A program made the translations under genes and the position numbers. Below are positions 28,686-38,394 of a stretch of DNA of 64,000 nucleotides, one piece after another; position 1 is the stretch's first letter, and every line of letters starts with the position of its first letter. The notes under the pieces were generated by a model. That model worked only from the letters and a program-made list of their open reading frames with translations, was not told the DNA's origin and made no database searches. This DNA is from Isosphaeraceae bacterium (GTDB lineage Bacteria > Planctomycetota > Planctomycetia > Isosphaerales > Isosphaeraceae): NCBI GenBank assembly GCA_965201075.1, contig CBDAVP010000016.1, positions 186,001 to 250,000 of the forward strand, written 5' to 3'.

Positions 28686-29021
28686 GTGTCCGGCCTGATC
28701 TGCGACCAGTGCGGCGAACTTATCAAGGATCTGGCCGGCAAGGTCGTTGTCGACCGCGCTCAGTATCAGCAACCCGGCGGTCGGGTCGACCGGCTGCAAC
28801 TGGCCTGCGACCGTTGCTTCCTCCGCCTGGCCGATCACCTGCATCGGATGTGGGAACTGCGCTGGCTCAAGGACCATTCCCTCTGGGTCAGCCGGGACTT
28901 CCTGACCGAACTGGGGGGCGACCCGTCCGAACGGGCCTGGTCGCCGGGGGTCATCCAACGGTTTCTGAGACTGGGCGCGATCGTCCCGCCCGACCCGTTG
29001 CAAAAACCTCCCGATACCTGA
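28686..29021 (+). CDS. Hypothetical protein with two CxxC pairs
   Basis: ICDQC and ACDRC; fits between co-directional genes. Confidence 0.6.
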   Translation: MSGLICDQCGELIKDLAGKVVVDRAQYQQPGGRVDRLQLACDRCFLRLADHLHRMWELRWLKDHSLWVSRDFLTELGGDPSERAWSPGVIQRFLRLGAIVPPDPLQKPPDT

Positions 29022-29046
29022 AGGCCCAGCCCCCGTCGCGACGCTC

Positions 29047-30750
29047 ATGAAGAAACTGATCAATCGCCCCGAACGGGTTGTCGAGGAGATGGTTCAGGGC
29101 ATCCTGACCCTCGACGCGGGCCTGCGTCGACTGGCCGGGCGGGCGGTCCTGGTCCGCGACGACCTTTCGCCCGATCGGGTCGCCCTGATTTCGGGGGGCG
29201 GCAGCGGTCATGAGCCTGCGCACGCCGGTTACCTCGGGTTGGGGATGCTGTCGGCGGCCGTGGCGGGGGACGTCTTCACCTCGCCGGCCCCAGGCTCCGT
29301 CCTCGCGGCGATCCAGGCCACGGCTGGGCCGGCCGGTGCCCTGCTGATCGTCAAAAATTACACCGGCGACCGTCTCAACTTTGGGATTGCCGCCGAGATC
29401 GCCCGGGGGGAGGGAATTCCGGTTGAGGTGGTCCTGGTGGCCGATGACGTGGCCCTGGCTGGCAACGGCGACCACGCCGGGCGTCGCGGCCTGGCTGGCA
29501 CGGTCTTCGTCCACAAGGTCGCCGGCGCCGCGGCCGAGGCCGGCTTGCCGTTGGCGGAAGTCGCCGCCGAGGCCCGCGCCGCGGCCGCGGCGGTTCGGAC
29601 GATGGGCGTGGCGATGTCCCCCTGCCTCGTGCCGGGGGCCGACCGGCCGGGCTTCGTCCTGGCGGACGGCGAGGTCGAATTCGGCCTGGGCATCCACGGC
29701 GAGCCCGGGGTCCGCCGCGTCCCTCTCGCCCCGGCGGATTCCACGGTCGACGAACTGTTAAACGCGATTCTCGACGACCTCCAACCCGAGCCCGGCGCCC
29801 GAGTCGCCCTGCTGGTCAACAACCTCGGCGGCTCGACGGCGATGGAGTTGGCGATCGTCGCCCGCCATGCCGTGAAGTCCCTGACTCGTCTCGGTTTGAA
29901 GGTGGAGCGGGCCTACGGGGGGACACTCCTCTCCGCGTTGGAGATGGCCGGGGTGTCCCTGTCGGTGATGACCCTCGACGATGGCCGTCTCGCCCGGCTC
30001 GATGCTCCCACGACGGCCCCGGCCTGGCCCTCTCGCCCCGGGCGGCCGTCCGAGCCGGGTCCGCCGCCGAACCCGCTCCAACAAGACGTTCCCGCCGAGC
30101 CTCCTCCCCCCTCGACCCCGTTGGGAACGAGCCTGGAAACCGCGATCCGGGCGGCGGCCGAGGCCCTTCTCGTCGCCGAGCCCGAGTTGACCGACCTCGA
30201 CCGCCGCGCCGGGGATGGCGACCTTGGGATCACCCTGGCTCGCGGGGCGCGGGCGATCCGCAAGTCCCTGCCCACCTATCCGCTCGATGACGCCGCCGGG
30301 ACGCTTCACGCACTGGCCCTGACGTTCCTGGACGCTCTGGGTGGAACGTCGGGACCACTTTACGCGGCGTTTTTCCACGAGGCGGCGACCCGTTTGAAGT
30401 CGGGCGATTCCCACGACGCGAACGCCTGGGTTGAGGCCTTCCGCGACGGTTGCGAGGCGATAACACGGCTCGGCGGCGCTCGAATCGGCGACCGAACGAT
30501 GCTCGATGCGCTGATCCCCGCGGTGGCCGCCGCGACTTCGGCGGGCACCCCGGTCGAACGGCTCGCCCGAGCGGCCGAGGCGGCGCGACTTGGGGCCGAG
30601 GCGACCGCGAACCTCGTCCCCCGAGTGGGCCGCTCCAGCTACTTCGCCAACCGCGTCGCCGGCATCCCCGACCCCGGAGCTTCCGCCGTGGCGACCTGGC
30701 TGGTAGCCGTCGCGCGTGCTCTCGCCGGCTCGCCCGCCGCGGCCGACTGA
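29047..30750 (+). CDS. Dihydroxyacetone kinase, fused DhaK-DhaL (ATP-dependent type)
   Basis: SGGGSGHEPAH, KNYTGDRLNF, GIHGEPG, GDGDLG, GGTSGPLY, RTMLDAL, GRSSY, PDPGA. Confidence 0.95.
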   Translation: MKKLINRPERVVEEMVQGILTLDAGLRRLAGRAVLVRDDLSPDRVALISGGGSGHEPAHAGYLGLGMLSAAVAGDVFTSPAPGSVLAAIQATAGPAGALLIVKNYTGDRLNFGIAAEIARGEGIPVEVVLVADDVALAGNGDHAGRRGLAGTVFVHKVAGAAAEAGLPLAEVAAEARAAAAAVRTMGVAMSPCLVPGADRPGFVLADGEVEFGLGIHGEPGVRRVPLAPADSTVDELLNAILDDLQPEPGARVALLVNNLGGSTAMELAIVARHAVKSLTRLGLKVERAYGGTLLSALEMAGVSLSVMTLDDGRLARLDAPTTAPAWPSRPGRPSEPGPPPNPLQQDVPAEPPPPSTPLGTSLETAIRAAAEALLVAEPELTDLDRRAGDGDLGITLARGARAIRKSLPTYPLDDAAGTLHALALTFLDALGGTSGPLYAAFFHEAATRLKSGDSHDANAWVEAFRDGCEAITRLGGARIGDRTMLDALIPAVAAATSAGTPVERLARAAEAARLGAEATANLVPRVGRSSYFANRVAGIPDPGASAVATWLVAVARALAGSPAAAD

Positions 30751-30785
30751 CTGGCACGGGAAATGAACCGGGCCAAAGGGTGGGG

Positions 30786-32633
30786 ATGACGATGGCTCCC
30801 CCGAACCCCAGGCGCCCAGGCTCGACCATGATCGACGATCCCGAAATCCCCTCCGTAGGCATCCTGCCGAGCCCCGACGGCCGCGCACGGTATCGGGTCT
30901 GGGCACCCAGGGCCAAACGGGTGGAACTGGTGCTGGGGATTGGCCCCTCGGCCCAACGCCTGCCGATGGATGCCGAACCACGCGGGTTCTTCGCCGCCGA
31001 GGCCAACCTGCCAGCCCCCGGCGATCGTTACGCCTACAGCCTCGACGGGGGCGACCCACTACCCGACCCTTGCTCCCACTGGCAGCCCGACGGGGTGGGG
31101 AAACCGTCCGCGGCGTTCTTTCCCGAGCGATTCTCGTGGACCGATCACGATTGGAAGGGGGTCGCCCGCGAGAGCCTGGTTTTCTACGAGCTGCACGTCG
31201 GAACCTTCACGCCCGAGGGGACCTTCGACGCCACCCTGCCCCGCGTCCCCGAGCTGCTCGAACTGGGAATCACCGCCATTGAGTTGATGCCTGTCGGCCA
31301 GTTCCCCGGTACTCGCAGTTGGGGCTACGACGGCGTCTTCCCGTTCGCCCCGCAAAACAGCTACGGCGGACCCGAGTCGCTCCAACGGTTCGTCGACGAG
31401 TGCCACCGGCTGGGCATGGCGGTTGTGTTGGACGTGGTCTACAACCACTTCGGTCCCGAGGGCAACGTCTTCCCCCTTTTCGGCGAGTATTTCACCGAGA
31501 CCTACAAGACCGACTGGGGCCCGGCGCTCAACTTTGACGCCCCCCAGTGTGGCCCGGTCCGGGCGATGGTTCTGGCCAACGCGCGGATGTGGATTCGCGA
31601 CTACCACTTCGACGGCCTCCGCCTCGACGCCGCCGACCAGATTTACGACCGGAGCCCCTCGCCGATCCTGGCCGAGGTCGCCCAGGTCGCCCACGACGAA
31701 GCGGCCAGGTTCCCAAGACCTGCCCACGTCTTCGCCGAGAACGACATGAACAACGCCCCCCGCTTCCTCGGCCAGCCCGAGACGGGCGGGTTTGGCCTCG
31801 ACGGGCAGTGGAACGACGACTTCCACCACGCCGCCCACGTCGTTCTGACCGGCGAGACCAACGGCTATTACTCCGACTTCGCCGCCGGGCCCACCGCGTT
31901 GGCCAAGACCTTCCGCGAAATCTTCGTCAACAACGGCAACTACAGCGCCTTCCGCCAACGACGCCACGGCGCCCCGGCCGACGGCTTCCCCGGCGACCGC
32001 TTCCTGGCCTTCCTGCAGAACCACGACCAGGTTGGCAACCGGATGAAGTCCGACCGCTACGCCGCCAGCCTGCCCGCCTCGGCCGTCCGCCTCGCCGCCG
32101 GGCTCCTCCTGCTCTCCCCGAGAGTCCCTTTGCTTCTGATGGGCGAGGAATATGGCGAAACGAACCCCTTCCCCTTCTTCTGCGACTTCCAGGACCCCGA
32201 ACTTCAAGACGCGGTGCGCAAAGGCCGTGCCGGCGAGTTCTCCCGATTCGGCTGGAAGGAAGCCCCGCCCGACCCCTTGGCCGCCGAGACCCGAGACTCG
32301 GCCGTCCTGAGCTGGTGCTGGGCCGACCCGGTCCGCGCTGGCCTTCGCCAACTCTACCAGGACCTTCTCCGCCTCCGTCGCGAGACCCCCGGACTGCGCG
32401 ACTTCTCGGCTCCGCAAGTCACGTTGCTCGACGGCGACGTGCTGGAAGTCATACGAGGCAAGGGCCCCAACGCCCTGCGCATCGTCTTCAACCTCACCGC
32501 CGAACCGAGAGCCGTCGACCTGAGGAACATCCCGTTTCGCTCGGAGACGCCCGACCACGGCGCGAACACTTCTCAAGGGGGCGACAACCGACTCTCGCTC
32601 CACGAATTCGCGTTCGGCCCGGCGTCGGGATGA
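30786..32633 (+). CDS. treZ: Malto-oligosyltrehalose trehalohydrolase (GH13)
   Basis: YELHVGTFTPEGTF, WGYDG, DVVYNHFGPEGN, DGLRLDA, QWNDDFHH, QNHDQVGNR. Start 30786 or 30828. Confidence 0.95.
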   Translation: MTMAPPNPRRPGSTMIDDPEIPSVGILPSPDGRARYRVWAPRAKRVELVLGIGPSAQRLPMDAEPRGFFAAEANLPAPGDRYAYSLDGGDPLPDPCSHWQPDGVGKPSAAFFPERFSWTDHDWKGVARESLVFYELHVGTFTPEGTFDATLPRVPELLELGITAIELMPVGQFPGTRSWGYDGVFPFAPQNSYGGPESLQRFVDECHRLGMAVVLDVVYNHFGPEGNVFPLFGEYFTETYKTDWGPALNFDAPQCGPVRAMVLANARMWIRDYHFDGLRLDAADQIYDRSPSPILAEVAQVAHDEAARFPRPAHVFAENDMNNAPRFLGQPETGGFGLDGQWNDDFHHAAHVVLTGETNGYYSDFAAGPTALAKTFREIFVNNGNYSAFRQRRHGAPADGFPGDRFLAFLQNHDQVGNRMKSDRYAASLPASAVRLAAGLLLLSPRVPLLLMGEEYGETNPFPFFCDFQDPELQDAVRKGRAGEFSRFGWKEAPPDPLAAETRDSAVLSWCWADPVRAGLRQLYQDLLRLRRETPGLRDFSAPQVTLLDGDVLEVIRGKGPNALRIVFNLTAEPRAVDLRNIPFRSETPDHGANTSQGGDNRLSLHEFAFGPASG

Positions 32634-32637
32634 GCCG

Positions 32638-33018
32638 TCAGGCCGGTTTCAAATAGTTCAGGATCAGCGACGGCAATTGCATGGTGAACTTGCTGCGGGG
32701 CAAGACCTCCTCGCAACCGGCCTCCCTCGCGGCGCCGAGAGCGTCTGTATCGACGTGCGGGCCGAACGCGACGAACGGCGTGGATGGCCCCGCGACCTGC
32801 CGAAGTGTCAACAGCGACGACAACGAGGCCGGTTCGCCCATCGTCAGGTCGACGAAAACCACCTTCGGCCGTCGCTCGGCGATCAAGGTCGCGGCTGACT
32901 CAGCGTCGCGGGCCACCACCACCAGACATGCCAAGTCTCGCGCGGTGGTGGTGATCTTGGTGGTGAACAGCAGGTCGCGGCTCAGCAGTAAACCGAGGGG
33001 CGGCAATTCGTCGATCAA
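32638..33018 (-). CDS. Single-domain receiver-like protein (atypical)
   Basis: LLLSRDLLF, VVFVDL, AFGPHV, AREAGC...PRSKF. TTG 33018 overlaps the HAD stop. Confidence 0.65.
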   Translation of the reverse strand: MIDELPPLGLLLSRDLLFTTKITTTARDLACLVVVARDAESAATLIAERRPKVVFVDLTMGEPASLSSLLTLRQVAGPSTPFVAFGPHVDTDALGAAREAGCEEVLPRSKFTMQLPSLILNYLKPA

Positions 33019-33713
33019 GGCGAAACCTCCGGGGCGAAGAACCGTTCCACCCACTCGGGGTTGAGCGTCGCCAGACCATTCAAGACCGCGTCGGCCCCAG
33101 CCCCTTCCAACTGCTTCGTGGCATAGGTGTGGTCGACGCCAATGGCCCACATGCCCGCCGCCTTGGCCGCCTCGATCCCCGCGAGGCTGTCCTCGATGAC
33201 CAGGCAGTGGGCCGCCTCCAGATCCTCGCCGTCACAAGATCGCAGGGCGTCCAGCGCCAGCAAGTAGCCCTCGGGGTCGGGCTTGCAGCGCTCGGTATCC
33301 TCGGCCGAGATGATCGCGTGGACCCGGTCGGCCACCCCCATTTTGTCCAGAGCGAACGCAATCTCCGCCCTCAAGGCCCCCGAGCAGATTCCCAACGGCC
33401 AGCGGTCGGCGAGCGACGCGAGAGACTCCGCCGCGCCGGGAAAAATCCGCAGGCGAACGGCCGCCACCTCCAGGTAGCGACGGGCCTTGCGATCGATCAA
33501 GGCGCCGACCCGCCCCGAACTCGCCTCCCGGCCCGAATCCCTCAAGGCCGCCTCGAAGCAGCCGCGGTCATCGAAGCCAAGGTAACGCTCGTGGTAGTCC
33601 CGCTCGTCGAGGGTGACCCCTTCCTCGGCCAGCGCTTCGCGGAATAGCTCGAAGTGGACCTGCTCATCGTCCACCAGCACGCCGTTGAAGTCGAAGATCA
33701 CGGCTCGAATCAT
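33015..33713 (-). CDS. HAD-family phosphatase
   Basis: FDFNGVLVD motif I, CSG, KPDPEGY, IEDS-x-AGI. Confidence 0.93.
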   Translation of the reverse strand: MIRAVIFDFNGVLVDDEQVHFELFREALAEEGVTLDERDYHERYLGFDDRGCFEAALRDSGREASSGRVGALIDRKARRYLEVAAVRLRIFPGAAESLASLADRWPLGICSGALRAEIAFALDKMGVADRVHAIISAEDTERCKPDPEGYLLALDALRSCDGEDLEAAHCLVIEDSLAGIEAAKAAGMWAIGVDHTYATKQLEGAGADAVLNGLATLNPEWVERFFAPEVSP

Positions 33714-33754
33714 GGCGGCGGCTCGCCCCTGGGAAACTCGGCTTTGCCCGGGGG

Positions 33755-34102
33755 TTAGATCGCCTCGGGCCCGCGCTCTCCAGTACGGATGCGGATGCAG
33801 TCGTCCATCGGCAGAATGAAAATCTTGCCGTCGCCAATCTTCCCCTCGGGCCCGGTCCGCCCGGCCTGGATGATGGCGTTGATCGTCGGCTCGACGAAAT
33901 CCTCGTTGACGGCGATCTGGAGTTCAATTTTGCGCAGAAGGTTCACCGTGAACTCGTGGCCCCGGTAGACCTCGGTATAGCCTTTCTGCCGTCCAAACCC
34001 CTGGACGTCCATCACCGTCAGGCGGAAGACCTCCACGTGGGAAAGGGCTTCCTTAACCGCTTCCAGCTTGGTCGGCTGGATGATCGCGATGATCAGCTTC
34101 AT
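33755..34102 (-). CDS. glnB: P-II family nitrogen regulator
   Basis: MKLIIAIIQP, GFGRQKG, YRG, GKIGDGKIF, RIRTGE; GlnB vs GlnK not resolvable. Confidence 0.95.
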   Translation of the reverse strand: MKLIIAIIQPTKLEAVKEALSHVEVFRLTVMDVQGFGRQKGYTEVYRGHEFTVNLLRKIELQIAVNEDFVEPTINAIIQAGRTGPEGKIGDGKIFILPMDDCIRIRTGERGPEAI

Positions 34103-34370
34103 CTCTCGTCCCACCCCAATGGCCCGCGCCGCTTTCCCTCGCGACCGGGCGCCGGCGGATCAAAGGCCGGGTTCCGGGCGGGGCTCCCCGTGTCGGACGC
34201 CCGAGCTTACCTGATCGATCTCCGCATCCGCCAGCGGGTTACTCCCCCGATCGCGCCAAAAAACCCCGATTCCCCTCCAGCGCGACCCGGCCGCGTCGGA
34301 AAATCATTCCCGACACGGCCGGTAAACGATCGCAGTTTATGGACCGGGGCAAGCCACGCGAGCGAGGCGA

Positions 34371-34766
34371 TCAGCGAGGCGGCAGGTCGGGCAGGCCGGG
34401 ATCGGGCGGCGTGACCACGTCCTTGGGCGCGGACATGTCCCTGGGGAGTGGATCGTTGGAAGGAGCCACCGGCTTAGGCGTCGACGGCTGCGCCGGCCGC
34501 GAATCCATCGGCGCGGGGGCATAGGGGGAACTGGTCATCGGCGGGACCACCGAGCCGGCGGGGACCGGCGTAACCATCGAGCCGGCCGACTCGGCGGGCA
34601 TCATCGACGGTCCAGGAGCCGGGTACGACGGCACCATCGGCGAGCTATATCCGCAATTCGCCCCCACACAGGGCTGGGGGAAGTCGTCGCAGGTATCGCA
34701 GTGCGCGCAGCCCACGGCGCCCGCGGCGAGAGAAGCAGCCACCAGCAGCAGACTCGACCGCGCCAT
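34371..34766 (-). CDS. Small Cys-rich/Pro-rich lipoprotein
   Basis: Signal peptide with AVGC lipobox, then AHCDTCDDFPQPC...C and a Pro-rich tail. Confidence 0.7.
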   Translation of the reverse strand: MARSSLLLVAASLAAGAVGCAHCDTCDDFPQPCVGANCGYSSPMVPSYPAPGPSMMPAESAGSMVTPVPAGSVVPPMTSSPYAPAPMDSRPAQPSTPKPVAPSNDPLPRDMSAPKDVVTPPDPGLPDLPPR

Positions 34767-35011
34767 GCCGGGATCCTTTCCGCTGAGCCTCGTCGTCACC
34801 GCCCCAGGCGGACCGAGCCGAGGTCGGCCGAACGATTTCGGGGGACACCTACCTCAGGCCAATTTGACGCGCATCCCGACGCGCCGGCCTTTGCTCACTC
34901 GGTTCATCGGCATCCCAGGCCCCAACAATCACGATTTTCCCCGCCAATTCTCCGTCCTTCCATCGATTTCCCACGAAATCTCTCCCGTAAAGGAAATTCC
35001 AACCCGGCGAA

Positions 35012-35040
35012 TTGACAACCCGAATTTGGTGTCCTAAATT
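35012..35040 (+). promoter_or_regulatory. sigma70-type promoter upstream of the sigma factor gene
   Basis: TTGACA-N17-TAAATT in an AT-rich intergenic region. Confidence 0.65.
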
Positions 35041-35152
35041 CCATAAAGGGAAAAAATCGGTTCAATAAATCCCGATTCCGACTTAGAATTGCCAGAAATG
35101 GGATTTTCTCCCTCCGTGTGGTGACAGTGGACTCCTCAAGGAGCTACGAGCG

Positions 35153-36013
35153 ATGATTCCCCAGTCCCACCGACGGGATTCCCACCACCCCTCGACCCTC
35201 CAGATTTATCTCCAGGACATCAACAGCACTCCGTTGCTGACGGCGGCCGAGGAGCGCGAACTGGCCAGTCGGGTGGCGCTTGGCGATCCCTACGCTCGGG
35301 AGCACATGGTCAAGGCGAACCTCCGCCTGGTCGTCAACATCGCTCGGGGCTATGTGGGCAAAGGGCTGGGACTGGAAGACCTGATCGAGGAGGGAAACCT
35401 CGGACTGATGAGGGCGGTGGAGGGCTTCGACGGCGGGATGGAGACTCGCTTCAGCACTTACGCGAGTTACTGGATCAAGCAGTCGATCCGCCGTGCGGTG
35501 ATGAACAACGGCAAACCGATCCGCCTGCCCGCCTACATGGTCACCTTGCTGTCGAAGTGGAAGCGGGCGACGATCGGGCTGACCGAAAAGCTGGGCCGGG
35601 CGCCCACGCCCGAGGAAGTCGGCAAGGCGCTTCGGCTGTCGAAGAAGAAGGTGGGGATCGTCGCCAAGGCGATCACCGTCAACAACCTCACTCCTCACGG
35701 CGAGGGGGCTCACGACGAGGAAGGTTTCGCCCTCGACGCGGTGCTCACCGACGAGCGGAACAAGGCTCCCGACGACCTGATGATCGAGGCCGACGACCTC
35801 GACCGCATTCTCTGCGGCATCGCCCGGCTCGACGACCGCGAAGCCTCGGTCATCCGCATGAGGTTCGGCCTTGAGCCCTACAGCCCGATGACCCTGCGCG
35901 AGGTCGGCGAACACCTCGGCCTGACCCGCGAGCGCGTCCGCCAACTGGAAACGCAGGCGCTAGGCAAGCTCATGGGGTCCCTGGGCGACGAGTCAGGCCG
36001 CCTGGCCAACTGA
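35153..36013 (+). CDS. RNA polymerase sigma factor, RpoD/SigA family (short form, regions 1.2-4)
   Basis: YLQDI...LLTAAEE, ANLRLVV, DLIEEGNLGL, RFSTYASYWIKQSI, IRLP, TLREVG...TRERVRQLE; AAGGAG SD. Confidence 0.95.
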   Translation: MIPQSHRRDSHHPSTLQIYLQDINSTPLLTAAEERELASRVALGDPYAREHMVKANLRLVVNIARGYVGKGLGLEDLIEEGNLGLMRAVEGFDGGMETRFSTYASYWIKQSIRRAVMNNGKPIRLPAYMVTLLSKWKRATIGLTEKLGRAPTPEEVGKALRLSKKKVGIVAKAITVNNLTPHGEGAHDEEGFALDAVLTDERNKAPDDLMIEADDLDRILCGIARLDDREASVIRMRFGLEPYSPMTLREVGEHLGLTRERVRQLETQALGKLMGSLGDESGRLAN

Positions 36014-36080
36014 CCGCCGTCCGGGTTACGATCGGCCCGGCGCGTCCCGACCACGGTCTCGGCGCGTCGGGGGACCAGGC

Positions 36081-36602
36081 ATGATCCGGCCGACGACCGC
36101 TGATGACCATCCGTCGCTGAGGGCTTTGGCCGCCGACACCGGCTTCTTCCGCCCCGCCGAACTCGTCGCGCTGGACGAAGTCTTGCGCGACTACGAACTT
36201 GAGCGAATCCGCGCCGATCATCGGTGTCTCACCAAGGTTGGGACCGAGGGCCGGCCGCTGGGTTTCGCCTATTACGCCCCGTCGTCGATGGCCGAACGGG
36301 CCTGGTATCTGTACTGGATTGTTGTCGCGCCGGCCTCGCAAGGTCGGGGGATCGGCCGGGCCTTGATGGCTCATGCCGAGGCCGACATCCGCGCCTCCGG
36401 TCGCGGTCGGCTGTTCCTGATCGAGACCTCCTCGCAACCGCTCTACGAGCCGACCCGCCGGTTCTACCGATCGCTGGGCTTTGACCTGGCGAGCGCTCTC
36501 GCCGATTTTTATGCCGATGGCGACGACCTGATCGTCTTCGCCAAGCGGCTGGAACCCAGGCGTCCCGATTTGGACTTGCCGGCGGCCCTCGGGGAGGAGT
36601 AA
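36081..36602 (+). CDS. GNAT family N-acetyltransferase
   Basis: LYWIVVAP-x2-QGRGIG acetyl-CoA motif; ETSS...TRRFY-x2-LGF. Confidence 0.9.
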   Translation: MIRPTTADDHPSLRALAADTGFFRPAELVALDEVLRDYELERIRADHRCLTKVGTEGRPLGFAYYAPSSMAERAWYLYWIVVAPASQGRGIGRALMAHAEADIRASGRGRLFLIETSSQPLYEPTRRFYRSLGFDLASALADFYADGDDLIVFAKRLEPRRPDLDLPAALGEE

Positions 36603-36677
36603 GGTCGGGCCCATTGAGTCGTATCCGGTCGGTCCGCCATTCCGGCGGGACGCTAGGGATGGCACCACCGAGTCAGC

Positions 36678-38342
36678 TTGCTTGAGTTCGACGTTCGCCA
36701 CGCATCCTTCGCGGGATGCCGGTCGACGCGCGCTCAGGACCACTTGGCTCGGCGTTTTGATGTCGCACGGAGAGCCGACGTGAACCTGCCCCACGCCCCA
36801 GGCGTTCCCGACCGGATCGCCCAGGAGACGCTCCGGGCCTGGTCCGAGGGGGAGCCGGACCAGGCTCTCGCCCGGCTCGACCCCGAAGGACGAATTGTCG
36901 ACTGGGACGAAAAGGTCGAGCGTGTCGAGGGGCACCTGGCCGCCTCGGTGGTGGGCCGCCTGGCCACGGACCTTTGGTGCGACGGGGAACCCGGACCCGA
37001 GCCGGGCGTAGGGCTTTCTCCCGCTCTGGACGAGGCCAGCGCCTTCGGCCGCTCCGCCCGCGTCGGCCACCGAAGACGCTTCGACGGAACCCGGTTCTCG
37101 GCCCGGGTCGTCTTGATTCCCCTACGCGATCCCGATGGCGAGCTTCTCGGTTTCGCCCAATTGACCCGAGCCCTCAACGACGCCGAGCCCTGGAGGGATC
37201 GCGCTCTCAAGGCCGAGGCCGAGCGTGACGAGTTCCTCCGCCGCAAGGACGAATTCCTGGCGATGCTCGCTCACGAACTGCGCAACCCCCTCGCGCCCGT
37301 CCTGCACGCGACCCAGATCCTGAGGATTCGCGCCGAATGCGCCGAGACCTCGGCACGAATGCGGACCCTGATCGAACAGCAGGTCCACCACATGGCCCGC
37401 CTCATTGACGACCTGGTCGACGTGTCCCGCGTCACCTGCGGCAAGATTCGCCTGCGGAGCGGACGGGTCGACCTGGCCGAGATCGCCTCACGATCGCGGG
37501 AGGCGGCGCGGCCCTGGTTGGAGGCCGGCGGCCATGCCTTGACCGTCGCCATGCCCGCCGCCCCTCTGGCGGTCATGGGGGACGCGACCCGCCTGGAACA
37601 GATCCTCACGAGCCTCCTCAGCAACGCGGCCAAGTACACCGACGACGGCGGTTCGATCCGCCTGACCATCGAGCGAGACGGCGACGAGGCGGTCCTGAGA
37701 GTGGTCGACTCCGGAATCGGCATCGCCGCCCCTTTGCTGCCGCGGGTCTTCGACCTGTTCACTCAGGCCGACTGTACGCTGGACCGTTCCGGGGGGGGCC
37801 TGGGGATCGGCCTGACCCTGGTTCGCAGCCTGGTGTTGCTGCACGGCGGCACCGTTCAGGCCCGCAGCCCGGGGCTCGGCCAGGGCAGCGAGTTCATTGT
37901 CCGGCTCCCGGCCCTGGATGACGCCCCCACCGCCCAGCCTGGACACACCCCGGCCGCCTCCGGCGCGACCGCCGCCGAGCGACCGATCCTGATCGTCGAC
38001 GACAACGTTTCGGCCGCCACCAGTCTGGCGATGCTGGTGAAGCTCTGGGGCTACGGGCCGCTGGTCGCCCACGACGGACCCAAGGCGCTGGAGATGGCCC
38101 GCGACCACGGCCCACCCATCGTTCTGCTGGACATCGGTCTGCCCGGAATGGACGGCCTGGAAGTGGCCCGCCGCCTCCGGCAGATCCCCGTCGTGGCCGG
38201 CTCGACCATCGTCGCCATGACCGGCTACGGCCAGGACGACGACCGCAAGCGCTCCCGGGAAGCCGGCTTCGACCACCACCTGGTCAAGCCAGTCGACCTC
38301 GACGCCCTCGAACGCTTGATCGCCGGTCCCGCCCACGCCTGA
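36678..38342 (+). CDS. Hybrid sensor histidine kinase / response regulator with divergent PAS
   Basis: FLAMLAHELRNPL H-box, NAAKYT, DSGIG, GGLGIGL; receiver VDDN...LLDIGLP...KP. Start uncertain. Confidence 0.92.
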   Translation: MLEFDVRHASFAGCRSTRAQDHLARRFDVARRADVNLPHAPGVPDRIAQETLRAWSEGEPDQALARLDPEGRIVDWDEKVERVEGHLAASVVGRLATDLWCDGEPGPEPGVGLSPALDEASAFGRSARVGHRRRFDGTRFSARVVLIPLRDPDGELLGFAQLTRALNDAEPWRDRALKAEAERDEFLRRKDEFLAMLAHELRNPLAPVLHATQILRIRAECAETSARMRTLIEQQVHHMARLIDDLVDVSRVTCGKIRLRSGRVDLAEIASRSREAARPWLEAGGHALTVAMPAAPLAVMGDATRLEQILTSLLSNAAKYTDDGGSIRLTIERDGDEAVLRVVDSGIGIAAPLLPRVFDLFTQADCTLDRSGGGLGIGLTLVRSLVLLHGGTVQARSPGLGQGSEFIVRLPALDDAPTAQPGHTPAASGATAAERPILIVDDNVSAATSLAMLVKLWGYGPLVAHDGPKALEMARDHGPPIVLLDIGLPGMDGLEVARRLRQIPVVAGSTIVAMTGYGQDDDRKRSREAGFDHHLVKPVDLDALERLIAGPAHA

Positions 38343-38394
38343 GTCGATCCGACCGGACCCGACCCGACCCGCGACGGCCGAGGAACCCGCGACG

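Noticed and set aside
38343..38394. Short GACCC/GACCG tandem units
   Set aside because: Only a few 5-mers in GC-rich DNA; no supportable function.
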